Shown here one piece after another: positions 42,107-63,039 of a DNA stretch of 64,000 bases. The translations under genes and the position numbers were made by a program. Within the stretch, counting starts at the first letter, position 1. Each line of letters begins with the position of its first letter. This stretch comes from the human T2T-CHM13v2.0 reference genome, Homo sapiens: the NCBI RefSeq assembly GCF_009914755.1, contig NC_060925.1; one strand, written 5' to 3'. Under the pieces are notes generated by a model that ran no database searches, was not told the origin of the DNA, and worked only from the letters and a program-made list of their open reading frames with translations.

Positions 42107-45100
42107 AGATACCATGATGGGTATTGTTGGAGCAGCCAGGCACAAGTGGGAGCAGTCTGCCTGACTTCCCTGAGTTTTGTTCGGCACCTGTGGCTCTCAA
42201 CTTGCCTTTGGCATTAGTGGAGGGTGTCTCTTCTACAACAGACATCCTCTCATCACACAAGGATCTTCCAGCAGGAGTGATGGCCACCATGCTCTGAGAC
42301 TTTGCTTGGGCCTGCTTACCCTATGTGCATGACCCCTAACTTGCAGAGAGCACAAAAGAAGAAAGCCTGGACTTATTGATGGGCCAGTGTACTAAGAAAA
42401 CTCCCTTTCTAACCGGGGCAGTGGTTAAACATATTCCATCTGCGTAATCGCTAACTTTTACCAGGTGTTTATTTATCACATCCTCACTTTTCAGGTGAAG
42501 AAATTGAGGTCCAGATAGGTTGAGTAACTTGGGAGGGGGGTAATAACTAACATGTGGTGAAAACAAGATTTGAACCTGCTGAACCTTGTTGTAAATCTCA
42601 ACCTCTATTCTACATGTATGTATGGCACATGTATTTAGCATGAAGCCCAGCATTAGTAAGTGTTCAATAGATGTTATTATTATTATTAATTTTTCTCATT
42701 GGAACAAAAGATAACCTATTATAGATTCAAGAAGCTAAAGGATGGGTACAGTCATTTTGAAAGGTAAACATTATGTTTTTATTACTCTCTTTTGTTACTT
42801 TCATTAACAACTTGGACACTTTATTCATGTGTACAAATTGCCATTTTGATCCCCGTGCTCATGTGTCCACCAATTGCTCAGTGGTGGATCTAGATTGATT
42901 ATGACTACTATTTGTTTTCCTCCTTTTCATAAAGTTTTAATAACCCAAAGTCTTTCTTTCAGACATTACAGTCCGGTCTAAATCAGAAGCTGCCAATTGT
43001 CCTCTTAACTCGAAGGTAACCCATACCACTACCTTCCTTGAGGTGACTGAAAAGAGTATGGCTTCTGCTAGGTTTGAATTTGGCTTCATACCAAACAAGC
43101 TGTGTGACTTGGGAAAGCGACCTAATGTTACTGAGCTATTCTTTCATCCTTTGTAAAACTGGGCTGTTGGGAGGACTAAATGAGATAATTTACATAAAGT
43201 ATTTAGCACAGTGCTTATCACAGAATAGGCTCCTAGAGCTAAATGTCATTTTCCTTTTCCTCCTTCAAATAGGGTTTAATTGCTCCAGTCATTGTGGTCC
43301 CAAATAATTTTGATTCTGCTAGCTTACCACACCTGAAATGTATCAGATGATATTTAAATGCATAAGAAAAGTGCCCGATGATATCTCTATTTATTTTGTA
43401 TTTTGCAAAAAGTCAACCCTGTCTCCCTCAATATATTTCCTGAAGGCAGGGAATATTTCTGATTCATATTTATATATTTTTTCTCTATAGTACCTAGCAA
43501 AGTGACTGGTACATAGTAGTATTTAATATGTATTTGCTGACCTAAATTAAAATGAGTATTTAGAACAGACTGAAATGAAAAGAAAACAGAAAATCCTTGC
43601 AGTGGAAGATGAAGTAAATGGCTTTGGAGATAGGAGAAATTAATATTTCCACGAAACAAATCACATGCACCATATAGATTTTCCTATTACGTATCATTCA
43701 ATACTCTCTACGAACATTTTAAAATTCAATTAAATAACATTTCAAATATTTAAAGAGATAATGATGACAGAAATAGACAGATTCATCTTTTGAAAATATT
43801 TAATATTTTATTTCATGAGCTTAAGTGATATGAATACCTGGTACTGGAGAAATTATACCATTAATCATATTAATGATTTAATTGGCTTCCCAGAGTAAAT
43901 GTTTCAGTTCTATTGTTGCTTAAAGAGAGAATTATTAGAGAGGAAAAGGATTTAGAGGAAGGCAATTTATATTCTCTTTTCAACTACTAGGGGCAACAAG
44001 ATAGGACACTTTCGATCCCTCATGGTGTGAGTGGGACAACAGGCCTGAGGCATTTTACTTTCCTCATCCTAGTGCCTAGTTACACCTGAATGACAAAATG
44101 TCAACTCTAGATCAACCCCAAACTCAATCATCTAATTTCTCCATGCGTCCCCCTAACTCTGTCACTTGGCAGCCTGCGATTACTGCCTACTGTTTGGGTG
44201 TGCAGTGCTGTGGCTTTTTAAATCTTTCTGCTCAGTGGTGCTGTTCTTCATTCAATGGTACGTGTCTTGTCAGAGAAATGCCTGGTCATGCACGGCTCCT
44301 GTGAGCTCTTGAGTGGCAGTGGGGTTTGTCTTACAGCAGAGCCCCTTAATCCCCTTTCGGTGTCATATGAATGTGTTGGATGACTTCTTCAAGGAGCTGC
44401 GTCAGGATGGGTTTGAAAACAGTTAGGCTTTACTAGAACCATCTTTCTTTCCCTTCAGGTTGTGTTGCTGGGTCAGGTCCCCTGTTCCAGTCTCTTCCCT
44501 CCCCTACAGTGATTTTTTTTTTCCTTTCAAGGGTCCCACTGTTTACTTCTGCAGTCTGGCTTCTACTGGTGGGGGCTAAAGGATGAGAGGGGCTCAGGGA
44601 GTGGATAAAGATATTTCTCAGGCGCATTACTTAAACATACTTTTTTTAAGCAAAAGTTTATTGGTTTGTTTTTAGGCAGAGTCAAAATATTCCCATATCA
44701 AAACAGCCACATCAAGGCAGCCACATCAAGATGTTCTTGGCATCAAAATGACAGCCAAAGCTGTGTGTCAGCAAACTTGACTATGACAAAACAGCCTTTA
44801 TCAAAATGGCTGTATCCTACATTGGCACAGGACTTGCCATGACAAGAATGGTTTCTAGAATGTCATTACTGTTTATAGTAACGTAAAAATGAAAAGTTGT
44901 GTTTCTTTCCACCACCAATGCTTCTACTTTCAATTGGGAGCTAGAATTACGCACAGGGACCCCACAAGGATGATAAAGAGGTACCCACTCCTTACTCCTA
45001 ATGATCAATGTCTTCTGCAAAAAAGAATTGGGTACAATTTAATAAAGATGATCCTGCTTTCACCATGAAAATTGTGAAACTCCCATACTAATTTTATAAT

Positions 45101-45703
45101 CATGTCTTTACACTTTGTTCTCATCACAGAGATCTTTTGGAATTATCTACTAACAATCAGCCAACACATTTATGTCAGCATTGAGGCAGCTCAGAGTCAC
45201 ATGTTCACTGACTACCATTGCATGTTCTGTTCAATCACAAGCCTGGAAAAACCCATATCACATGATCATGCCCTGACCTGATGCCTCTTCAGGCACCCAA
45301 TTAGGATGCAAAATCTTTCCTGAAAATGTTGATGTGATAAACCCTTTCTAACCTGTATTTTCAGGCTAAGAAAGCTTATAGACTGGGGAGATTCTTGCTC
45401 TGGGTATACAATATATAGTGTTCTAACTTAATTGCTCTCTGTTCCTAACTTAATTGCTGACCAACTCTTCCTTGACTTTCAAGGCACCACACTCTCTTGG
45501 CTTTATCCTGCCTCACTGTCTACTCCTTCTCAGTCTTTTTCTGTCTCCTATTTTTCTACCTGACCTCTATATGCTGGAGTGCCTCTGTGCTCAGTCTTGG
45601 GCCTTCTTCTCTAAGTATAACTCTCTCCTTAAGAGAGCACCTTCAATTCTAAGACTTTAAATAACATCTGTGTGCTGACTACTCCAAATATGTCTTTTCA
45701 GCC

Positions 45704-46071
45704 TGCATTAGTCTATTTGCATACTGCTGATAATGACATACCCGAGACTGGGCAATTTACAAAAGAAAGAGGTTTATTGGACTTACATTTCCACATAGCT
45801 GGGGAGGCCTCACAATCATGGCAGAACGCAAGGAGGAACAAGTTGCATCTTACGTGGATGGCAGCAAGCAAAGCGAGAGAGCTTGTGAAGAGAAACTCCC
45901 ATTTTTAAAACCATCAGATTTCCTGAGATCCATTCACTACCACAAGAACAGCATGGGAAAGACCCAACCCCATGATTCAATCATCTCCCACAGGGTCCCT
46001 CCCATAACATGTGAGAATTATGGGAGCTACAAGATGAGATTTGGGTGGTGACACAGAACCAAACCATATCA
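45704..46071 (-). mobile_element. THE1 (B/C-like) solo LTR
   Basis: TGCATTAGTC...CCAAACCATATCA; perfect TSD CAGCC (45699-45703, 46072-46076). Confidence 0.93.
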
Positions 46072-46549
46072 CAGCCCTAACCATTCACCATAAAACCAAT
46101 ATCTCTATTCGAAAGTCCAAGAGATATTTCAAACTTATAGTTCCATAATGGAACACTGATTCAAACCTGTTCTTCTTCTAGTCTTCTTCATCTTAGTGTG
46201 AAAATGAACTATATAGTCTCCCAAGCCACACACATAGAAGTTATCCCTGATTTTGTTTTTCACATCCCATATATATAATCCACCAGCAAATATTACTATG
46301 GGTCTACCTCCAAAATATATCTTGACTATATCTCTTCAAATGCCACAACCCTAGTCCAAGCCACCATCATCTTTTTCCACGACTATTGCAATGGCCTCTT
46401 TTTCTTTTTTCAGTCAATTCAACGAATGCGTATGCAATCTTAACTGGTTTCCCCTCCTTTTTTTTTTTTAGTTCTCAGCAGATCAAGCAAAGCTCAAGAA
46501 GGACAAATGAAACTACCCTATCAAGAGTACTCCCCTCCACCCACTACTT

Positions 46550-46814
46550 GTTTTTTGTTGTTGTTGTTGTTTGTTTGTTTTTGAGACAGAGTCTCACTCT
46601 GTCACCCAGGCTAGAGTGCAGTGGCGCGATCTCAGCTCACTGCAACCTCCGCCTCCCAGGTTAAAGTGATTCTTCTGCCTCGGCCTCCCGAGCAGCTGGG
46701 ACTACAGGCGCGTGCCACTATGCCCGGCTAATTTTATTTTTTGTATTTTTAGTAGAGGCCTGCCTCAGCCTCCCAAAGTGCTGGGATTACAGGCGTGAGC
46801 CACCGCCCCCGACC
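46550..46814 (-). mobile_element. AluS with an internal left-arm deletion
   Basis: TTTAGTAGAG joined directly to GCCTGCCTCAGCCTCCCAAAG. Confidence 0.9.
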
Positions 46815-47314
46815 TGTTCTTTATTAACTCACCATGTTGACTTTCTTCATAGAACTTACCACTATATGTAACTTTCTATTTCCTTCCTATTGACCATATT
46901 TCCCTCTAGAATATAAGCGCCACAAAAGCAGAGTTCAACTCTTTTCTTCTCCATTAGTCCTCAGGGTTTACTGCAGTGCCTGACCCACAGTAGCCTCTTA
47001 ACAAATATTTGCCGGCAGGAATGAATTCAGGTATTTGCAAAAGAGGATATTTCTGGGATTCTAAAAATTTAGGCACCATCAATATTTGCTGTTGTTCAGA
47101 AGTATTCCATTCAGATTGGCCACATATACATGTATAAAATACATGTATTATTTAAAGGGAATGAGTTGAGAATATTTTGAGGCCTAGTTCAGACGTAATT
47201 CTTAAAAACTACTATTTTGTTTGATTGTCCCAACCTGAACACTGGGGTAACAATCCATGTTGCTTAGTATCACGAGGTTCAGGCACCAATTGTTAGATAT
47301 AACTAAAAGTGTTT

Positions 47315-47620
<306 letters not shown>

Positions 47621-48570
47621 CTGAAAGTGTTAAGATCTTATGACAAAACAAAATATTTAGATGAGAAGAAATAATCACATGGATTAAAATGATCAATGTT
47701 GAATTTATTACATAGTTAGCTGAAGCATAAATATATACACACTCTAAATAGAAATGTAGTTGAAAATAGAAATTATTCTTTTGCAAACTGGTACATGAGT
47801 TCTTTTTAGGTAAGTAATTGTCTTTATTTATAATAATATCTTGAGAGATGCCTAAGGGGTGGTAGGTGAGGCTCTGTACGGGTTGGGGAAAAAAACAATT
47901 AAAAGATCACAAAATCATATTCTGCAGAGCCAAGAGTAGAAAAAAAATCACAAAATAATTCTGCATAAGCAATTATTGGGAGGTATGGGAAGAAGAGAGA
48001 AGTGGTAAGGGAGGAGGCACAGTGGGAGAGGAGGCTGAGCAAAATGTCAGGAAGCTTACATTTGGGTTGGTGGAAATAGAACAAGGAAATCAAGTTTTCA
48101 GTTTTAAATTGGCTGCTAAAGAGTTTTGCATATTTGCCATGTAGCCTCCCTATATGGCAAACATTATCTTTGAATTGCCAGGAACAGGCTACCACACACA
48201 GCTGCCTCTCATGAATTTGGGATGGGAAATCAAAGAGGAGGAGCTGTAACACATCCCTGGGTCAGTGCCAAAAGAAGATAAAGGAACAGCTGCAAGATAC
48301 TGCAGAGTGAAGAATGGTAATTCAGCAGAAGCCAGAAATCAAACCCAGAGGTACCAAGAGAATGGGAAGCCCAGAAGTATCTCAGGGAGTTTGGGAGAGC
48401 ACCAACTTCCCATAACACATGGGATGAGGTTTCCAGGTGAGTTTATTAAACTGCAAGGTGGTATTTGACTTCACAAATAATCTAAGAGCCACTGACAATA
48501 GGATTCTGCTGATAAATATTAATCACCCCTCACCATAGTATTAGTGAAAACTCTCATTAGAGATGATAGG

Positions 48571-48932
48571 TGCAACAGACAATGTCTGTGTCCTCCCCCT
48601 GACAAATTCGTATGTCATCCCCCAATGTGATGGTATTAGATGGTAGTGTTTTTGGGAGCTAATTAGGTCATGAGGGTGGTGCCCTAATGAGTGGAATTAG
48701 CGCCCCTATAAAAAGAACCCCAGAGAGCTCCCTTGCCCTCTTTCTGTCATGTGAGGATTCAATGAGAAGACAGCAGTCTGCAATCCAGAAGAGGACCCTC
48801 ACCAGAATGCAACCCTGCCAGCATGCTGATCTAGGATTTCTAGCCTTCCAAACTGCGAGAAATAAATTTCATTTGTATATAAGCCATCCAGTCTGTGGTG
48901 CTTTGTCATACCAGCCCCAAATGACTAAAACA
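48571..48932 (+). mobile_element. MLT1A-like solo LTR
   Basis: CCCCAATGTGATGGTATTAG...ATTAGGTCATGAGGGTGG...AATAAATTTC...GACTAAAACA; TSD ATAGG (48566-48570, 48933-48937). Confidence 0.88.
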
Positions 48933-49209
48933 ATAGGTGGTGTGTGTTTCGATTTTGATCCTCTCCTTTGATCATTCCATCCTGCTTTATTTGTTTCTGT
49001 TTTCCCCTGTGGTTCCATACTCCAATGTAAACCATGTTGGCCACAGTGATAGATCACTGTTTTTTATTATTTTTAGAGTTGGTTAGCCAGAACAATAAAA
49101 ATTAAATTTATCAAATCTATGTAGTATGAGCAGGCTAGTGAAAACTAAAATTTAAATAATAATAGAAAAGCCTAAAGTTAGCTGGAAAGAGCATATCCAA
49201 TTCAGCTAA

Positions 49210-50810
49210 ATCACTTATTCATTGAATTCAACAAATACTCTGTGCCAAATACTCTGCTAGGTTCTGGAACTTTGAATATGAAAAAACCCAGTTGTCCCTC
49301 TCCATGAGTTCACAGTTCAGTGGGGATACAAAAGCAAATACTTATGATACAATGTAGGAAGTGCAAAATATAAAAACAATCATGGCTTTTATGAGATCAC
49401 TGAAGAAAGAGGCACTTAGTGAACCCTTTGGAAGAGATCAGAGTTAGGAGTGGCTTTTTTTTTTTTTCCTTGAGACGGGGTCTCGCTCTGTTGCCCAGGC
49501 TGAAGTCCAGGCTGAAATAAAGTGGTGCAATCATAGCTCACTGTAACCCTGAACTCTTGGGCTCAAGCAATCCTCCTGCCTCATTCCTCCCAAAGCACTG
49601 GGATTACAGATGTGAGCCACTGTGCCTACCCAGGGGTGGCCTTTTTAATAAGTTGACAGCTGAGTTGGATTTTTAAGGATATGAAGAATTACTCAAGACA
49701 AATTCCTGATGGGAAGGAAACTGGATTGGGGTTAGGTGTAGGAGAGGGAAATAGAAGCAGAGATGTGGTTCCAAAAGGAACAGCACAGGCAAAGACATAG
49801 AAGGGGAAAAGTGCAAAGACTACATAGGAAACTACAAGATTTGATTTGCTGGAAACAGTTATAATGCACTAGAGAAAAGGGTAAAAGGTAGACGGTGGTG
49901 ACTCTGAGTGTTATCTCTAAAAAGTGTAGACCATCTTGTCTGTGATGTGGAAAGTCTAATGGGTTTTGAGGCAGAAAAGTGGCAGGGCAAGAGTAGAGTT
50001 TTAAATAAATTACTTCAGTGTTATAGAGAGAACAGTTAAAAAGGGGTTGTAGTTGTACCTGTGGTTATACCTGTATTTAAGGTAGACAAAACAAAGGAAA
50101 TTTGTTAGCAAATTGTTGTTCTAGACCAGGTGAAAGATGAAGAGTGGCCTATCTGAGGTGTGGATGGTGAAGATGGAGAAGTGGGAACAGGTCAAGCAAT
50201 GTTTAGGAAGTTAAACCCTCAGGGCATGGTAACCGATTAGATTTTGGAGATGAAGGAGAGACACTACCAAAGGACTCTCTCAGATGACAAGTATGGATAA
50301 CGGGGTCATGAGCTAAGATTGTGTCAACAGGAGGTAAAACTTTTTTAATGGAGAAGATGATAAATTTCATTCTAAACGTGAAGTTCTGGGTGCCTTTGGG
50401 ACAGCCAGCATGAGCCAGAAAATGCTAGAAATGAGGGGAGAGGTCTGAAAGTACAGCACTGGAATTCATTTCTGTACAGGTGGTAGTTGAAACATTGAAG
50501 ATGCCTTGGATCACTTAAGGAACATGTGTAGACTGATAGACAAGGGAGAGTCCAGGGAGAAGATGAGCCCACAAGGAAGGTAGAGAAGGAATGATCAGAG
50601 ATGTATAAGAAAAGGAGGAGAGTGGTATATTAAAATAAAGAATGCATTTTCAGAAGGAAGTGATCATTGTGTCAAATGATTATAACAGGGGTTGTAATAT
50701 AGGGCTTAGAGGAAAATAAATTTATTCACTTAGATGTCAATTTATTTACTTAGATGTCATTTCAAGAGCTGTTGTCATAGAGTTGTAAGGAGCTGAAGAA
50801 TGAGTAGGGA
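49210..50810 (-). mobile_element. L2 fragment with a FLAM (49454-49632)
   Basis: TTCAACAAATAC L2 end and purine-rich L2 body; ends approximate. Confidence 0.65.
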
Positions 50811-50879
50811 GGCAACTCCCTTGAATATCAAAAGAGGATATTCAAACCAAGCAAGGGCAGGACCAAAATAGAAAGTTAC

Positions 50880-54482
<3,603 letters not shown>

Positions 54483-54515
<33 letters not shown>
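54483..54515. repeat. (AT)n microsatellite
   Basis: Direct reading. Confidence 0.97.
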
Positions 54516-54518
<3 letters not shown>

Positions 54519-54734
54519 TTTATAAAGACACAAAACCATTTTATCTCTTTTTTTAAAGATCTGAAGAAAAACAGTGGCTGGGAGGTAAGGAAGTAGTGAA
54601 GATAGTGAGTATCATCTACCCTTTAGAAAAGTTCAGGTAGAGAAAGGAAGAAAGATTGGATAGTGGCTTGAGGAAGACGCTGGGTTGGAAGCCACACCCC
54701 CATAAAAATGTTGTGTACCCCAACACTTTTATTA

Positions 54735-55404
<670 letters not shown>

Positions 55405-55854
55405 TGATTAGATGGGAGAGATGAACATATGAATTGAAAGGAGTCAGTGTTGAGGGTGTGGTTGAAGGAAAAAAGAGAAAATAATTGCTTAAGCCCTAAA
55501 AGAGGTGGGAGCATCTGACCTTTGAAAAAGAGGAGGGAGCTCTCATCCCCTGAGCCTGAAAGAAAAGACTGGAGGGATATGGATGTTGAAGGAGATCTTA
55601 CTTAGTGCCTCAATTTTTCTCTTTGAAACAGGAGGTGGAAACATTTGTTGAGAATGAGAGTTGGGAGTTGACCAGGTCTTGAGGAGGGAAGACAAAGATT
55701 AGGTCTATTCACTGAGCAGAATGGGAGAGGGAACTGATCAAAGACAAGTTAAGGGGTTGGTGAAATCTTTGAGGGCCCAGTTGAGCTTGAATCTGTAGCA
55801 GCAGATGACTCCAGGTTATGGGATTTTCTCCAGGCCTCAACTGTTTGAGAAGGA

Positions 55855-56223
55855 TGATATGGTTTGGCTCTGTGTCCCCACCCAAATCTCATCTCAAATT
55901 GTAATCCCCACTTGTTGAGGGAGGGACATAGTAGGAGTTGACTGAATCACTGTGGCAGTTTCCCTCATGCTGTTCTTGTGATAGTGAGGGAGTTCTCACA
56001 GGATCTGATGGTTTAAAAGTGGTAGTTTCCTCTGCACTCTCTCTCTCCTTCTTCTACCATCATGTAAGATGTGCCTCGCTTCCTCTTCACCTTTCGCCAT
56101 GATTGTACGTTTTCTGAGGCCTCCCTAGCTATGTGGAACTGTAAGTCAATTAAACTTCTTTTCTTTATAAATTACCCAGTCTCAGGTAGTATCTTTATAA
56201 CAGTGTGAGAACAGACTAAAACA
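55855..56223 (+). mobile_element. THE1D/MSTA-like solo LTR
   Basis: TGATATGGTTTGGCTCTGTGTCCCCACCCAAATCTC...GACTAAAACA; TSD AAGGA (55850-55854, 56224-56228). Confidence 0.93.
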
Positions 56224-56309
56224 AAGGAGGAGAAGGAAAAATAGACTGTGAGACTGATACAGAGTTGATGCAGTGGGCAAGGTGCAAGGGAACAGAAGGG
56301 ACTAGTGTA

Positions 56310-56644
<335 letters not shown>

Positions 56645-57122
56645 TAGATGATCAATCATTAGTCCCAGGCAGAGCACGGAACTAACAGAGTCTAGGAAAG
56701 GCTGATCAACTGGAATAAAATGAAGGTATCTACAGAGTAGAGTTCTCATGAAATGGAAAAACAACCCCTCTATTGAGCCACAAACCTTGAGAGAGCTCTG
56801 TCCTCACTAGGCTCATTGCTTCAGCTCCAGACACAGGGAGACAGCTTGGATTAGAACAAGGTCCTTGTGGCCTTTCCAAAAACTTTGTGACAGGCTTCAC
56901 AGTGAGCCAAAGTATAATATTTGAAGCCCATCTCTCCCTCATTCCTCTAATCCCCAGTCATTGATTGAATGGGCAATATTTCTAGTCACCTGTGCTCTCT
57001 ATTGCCTTCACCCCCTTAATGAATGGTTCAGTACTTTCTCACATCTGCCTATCACTATGAAACCCCTCTTTCTCACCTCTTGTGGCTATCACTACAAACC
57101 CCTTAATCATCCTTTGCACTGA

Positions 57123-57410
<288 letters not shown>

Positions 57411-58235
57411 TGAAGACCCACTTCAAGGCTAGGATTTGCCTTGCAACATCCTCTAGTTGAGGCTGTTCATTCTCCCACATACTTTGTTCTGTTGTGCTGT
57501 AGAGGGAGTTGGGATGCAGGGGTTAGCATTTGGCTGACTGTCCTTTGCTACTTCCAGACCACCACTCTTGAACTCTCATGTAAATGCTTACTCTTTTCTT
57601 AAGGGTTCCCTCTACCCTATCTTCCTTTTTGCCACTTGGTTCCCTTCATTCTCCAAAAATTTGGGGACTTAACTCCCCAATAGTTTTTATCTTTATCCTA
57701 CCTCCTAGTACCATCCTAGGAGTTGCTGTTAACAACTGTTCCACTAACTTAGCTTTTTAATTTTTGTACCTTCTTAACCCTTCTGACCTTCTCCTTCAAT
57801 CTACTTTAGTCATCCACCACTTAGGACCACATTTTGTATCTTGTCATCACTCAGACATTACACCTTAGCAATCTTAGATTCTGATATCCCACTTTCTGAC
57901 TACTTGCTTCTAACCTTCCAGCTCCTCCCTGGTTATCCTGCTAATAATTTCCTGTTATAAACTAATGGAAAAATGACCAAAAAAAAAAAAACCCTTCCAG
58001 GTTTCTTATTTCTCAATACTAACGATTAACCATAATCAACACTGGGAAGAGATTCTTCATCCATATTTAGATAACAGCTTACAAAGGATATATTTTGGAT
58101 ATTTTTTTCTTTATTCACAAGTCTTAAATAGGCTTTAGCTATTATAACCAATGTCTTGACATCTTTAAGATATCAGAGAAAAATGAAAATGGTTGTGTAG
58201 CCTCCACATATTGACCAATTAAGATAATATTTCTT

Positions 58236-58629
<394 letters not shown>

Positions 58630-60370
58630 TCACATTTTTGAGGACTCATTAGAACAACAAAGCTAAGGAAGTGATCATTTTCTTTGGCTAGGGTTACCTA
58701 ACTTGGTGTCTCTATAGTTAATAGAAAAACACAGAAATTAATTTGCTAAAGATTACTCTCTTCATAGATAGTGTCTGTTAATAGATGGTTGGCTCGGCAT
58801 ATTCCAAGAAGAGCTGGGTTACTCAACAGATATGGTGTTTAGGGCACTGGCAAAGTAGGAATACACAAAGACACATACAAAACTTTTAAGAGTTTGATAT
58901 CTGCCATTTCTGAAACACATTCTGTAGTGGTTATCACTGAAAAAATAAAACAGAACTTTGTTGCTCTTCATAACACTTTGCAAAAATAATTTTTAGGTGG
59001 GGTGAGGCACCTTATTATTTTCAGTGCTTAGGACCTCTAAGGTTTTAATTAGGCCCTGATGTCAGGGGCCATTGTGATTACATCTGAGTATTTTTACTTT
59101 TTTCGCATTCCTGTAGTTGAATGCTGAAGTGAGGTCATGATTTTGGAGGAGTTTTTCCCAGAAGTGACTGGTAGACGTCTGTTTGTCTCTGGGCTGTTCC
59201 ACTGCTTTTCCAAACAATATTGTCATTGGTTAGTACAAACAGTGGCCTTCTCTTAGAGGACACGGGCCAGATATAAAAGGGTACTCACAAAACCCAAGAA
59301 GATTGCTAAGCCTTTCTTTGGTCCTGATGACTCCCTAAGATCATGAAGTTTCTAACTGCTATGAGGAGAATCAGTGCTCCTTAAATTCTCCTCATTAACC
59401 TCAGTTTCCCCATTTAGAATGCTCACTTCCTTTCTACCTGACCTGCTTCCAAACTTGACTTATGCCACAGCTTTGGTTTCTATCCAACTTCTTTCTACCG
59501 AGAATGCTGTGGAATGAATGGCAGCCACCCAACCACTTGAGGCTTGCTGTCCTATACTCCTCAATGAAGAGATTGAGAGAGTAGAGAAATATTTCCTTTT
59601 AAAGACAGACCCCTTCTAGGGAGTAGGAAATATATTTTCTATGATTGCATTAGATTCTGCTTAAGACTCAGGATGCAGGATGCTATCGTGACGAGGGACA
59701 GACAAGGTTGAAAAGGGGAACATACTGAGCAATGAGGAACAGCTGAGAGCTACAAAGATAGGGCTGTGCTCGTGTATAAATAGCAATGTTGCTGCTACCC
59801 TGATGAATCAGACCAGATGTTTCTCTGATGTCTCTGTTTGGTCCTTTGGTTAAAAAAAAATAAGTATAATTTTGCTAAAATTATATGTGGGGCCAGGAAT
59901 ATGGCACGAATGCTTTAAGCTTAAATAATATGTAAAAGAATAAAATTACTTTGCTGAGAAAACCTTTATTAACAAGAAAAATATCCATTTAAAGGACAGA
60001 AAAGGATGGAAAGGAATGAATCTTTTGATAGGGCTAATGAATTGAGATTCAGGAGATCTGAATTCTAATCTTTCCTCTGTCATTAGTTTTGTGAGCACAG
60101 TCATGTCATTTTCCTGGGCCTAGGAATGTTTATTTTTAAAATGGGCAGGGGCAGGAGAGAAAATGAGAGTTGCATGATTGGACTTATTAAACGGATATTT
60201 TAGTATCTTTTGCAGCCCCAAACATCTATGAAGAAACCCTTAGTATAATTTCTTGTTTCTTGGCTTCTGGTTTCATTGAGGGGTTAATTTATGAAAGACA
60301 TTGCCGGGGAGAAACAAGTTTTCTGTCTCAAGGTGCTTATAACCTGATAGCAGATATTAAGAGTTATACA

Positions 60371-60706
<336 letters not shown>

Positions 60707-61801
60707 CTATGATTGGTTCCAGAAGACAGACAGAAACAAATGCTATAGGAACTCAGAGGAGGCTAATTGCCAGCTTGGAGAATAGGGAATGACTTGATGG
60801 AGGAGGACAGTGGTATTTGATGGGGACCCTTGAAAAGTCCCATTCCAGGTGGAAGAAACAATTAAGCCGAGGCAAGGGGCAAGGAAAGTGCTGGATGTAT
60901 TTGTAGAACAGAGAGTCTATTGGGTTGGCAGAGCACATGCAATGAGCGAGGCAGCAACAGTGGTTTGGGATTACATTTGGAAGGCCCTTTTAAGCTCTGT
61001 AAAGCATATATTTTACTTAGTAGGCAACAAGGAGCTGTTTTTTTGAGCTTGGATGTGATTTGGTCTGAACTGTGCTGTAGAATAATTCACCTACAACAGA
61101 AAGTAGAAAGTATTGGAGGTGGAAAGGTGGCAGGGGAAGGAGGACGGCTAACAAGCTAATGCAATAATCCTCGTGAAAGCTAACTAGGTCTGAGCTAGGA
61201 CAGTGTCAATACGAATTCAAAGCATGAGTTGGATTTATGCAAGCTAGGATGGAGGAGAGGACTCAAAAGTAACTCCATGTATAAGCAAGTTTGAGACAGA
61301 ACCCACTAGTTTTACTAACATAAAAAGGCAATTCAAGAAGGCAAGGGTGGTTGGGCAAGGGGTAAGGAGATCATGAAGATGTCACTTTCCATGCATTGAG
61401 TTGGAAGTCCAGGAAGCATATTTTGTTGGAGGTGTTCAACATTTAAAAACTCCTGATAGGACCCTAGTACTGTGGATAAGGCTGGAGATGAGTTTCTCAA
61501 AGTCAACATTATCCAAGTGACAGCTGAAATCACAGAAGTGGGTAGATCACCAGGGATTTAGGGAGTGAGGTGAGAGGAAGACAGATGGCAGAATCTTGGG
61601 AAATGTCTGAATTCTTCCTTATGATAGACTGGGCATAGTCAGTGTTATAGAGTATAATCAGGAGAGTGCTGCATAAACGTGTCTAAAGGGAGAGAGGATA
61701 TTGAAAGGGAGGAGCTGGCGAACCAGTTTAAAAATTGCATTACTGTTTTGGGGATTAGCTGCTTAGAGGTGGGGCATACATAGTCTAGAAGGGACTGGCT
61801 A

Positions 61802-62245
<444 letters not shown>

Positions 62246-63039
62246 TTATTATTGACTATTGGTAATGTATACTTCTCTTTATTACTGGCAATGTGTATTC
62301 AGAACCAAAGGCCTCTTTCTGTCTTTTAGAAACCTCAGATTTGTGCCAGCATTTGTTTTTAGACATAGGAAAACTATTATTTCTTCTCCTCGATAGTTAC
62401 CCAATTTTTAGTTCCCACTTCTCCGGGGACTTGGGTCTGATTCTTGATGTTATGAATTCTAATGATAGTAAATATGTAGATCACCTTTGGGAGCTTGAAA
62501 CCTGGAGGAAAGAGGAGGGGAGAAGGCAGGCAGGGGTGTGAGAGCTTTCTTGTAGTTCACACATAAAGGACTGTTTGCAAACTACAGTGTTAACTAAGAC
62601 TTCATCAGCCAAGGATTTATCTTCACATTAAAATCTGGGTTGGCTCTGGGGAGATACCACTGGTGTAAGTTCAAGTAGGATTAACTGCCTCCCAGCAATG
62701 CAAATTGGTTTCCAACTTTTTTGTTTTGTTTTTTCTTCAATATTTTTTGGGATATTTTTCTTAAATGATAATAATTTGCAAAAACCATGAAATATTATTT
62801 TTGGTTCTACAAATGTCAGAACACCAAAGAAAAACACTCTTCAGGAATCCAGATCTATTAATGAAATTAAAAATTAGGGGACTTGAGTTTTAATCTCAAT
62901 CTCCTAAGTAGCCATGTTTAGGTAGGTTGCTTAATACAATTCTATGCTTAATTTTTTTTTTAAATTCTCTAAATGATGATTTTAAAATACTGGTTCTACT
63001 TATCTCACAGAATTATTGTTCAGGTTGTGAAAGTATTTT

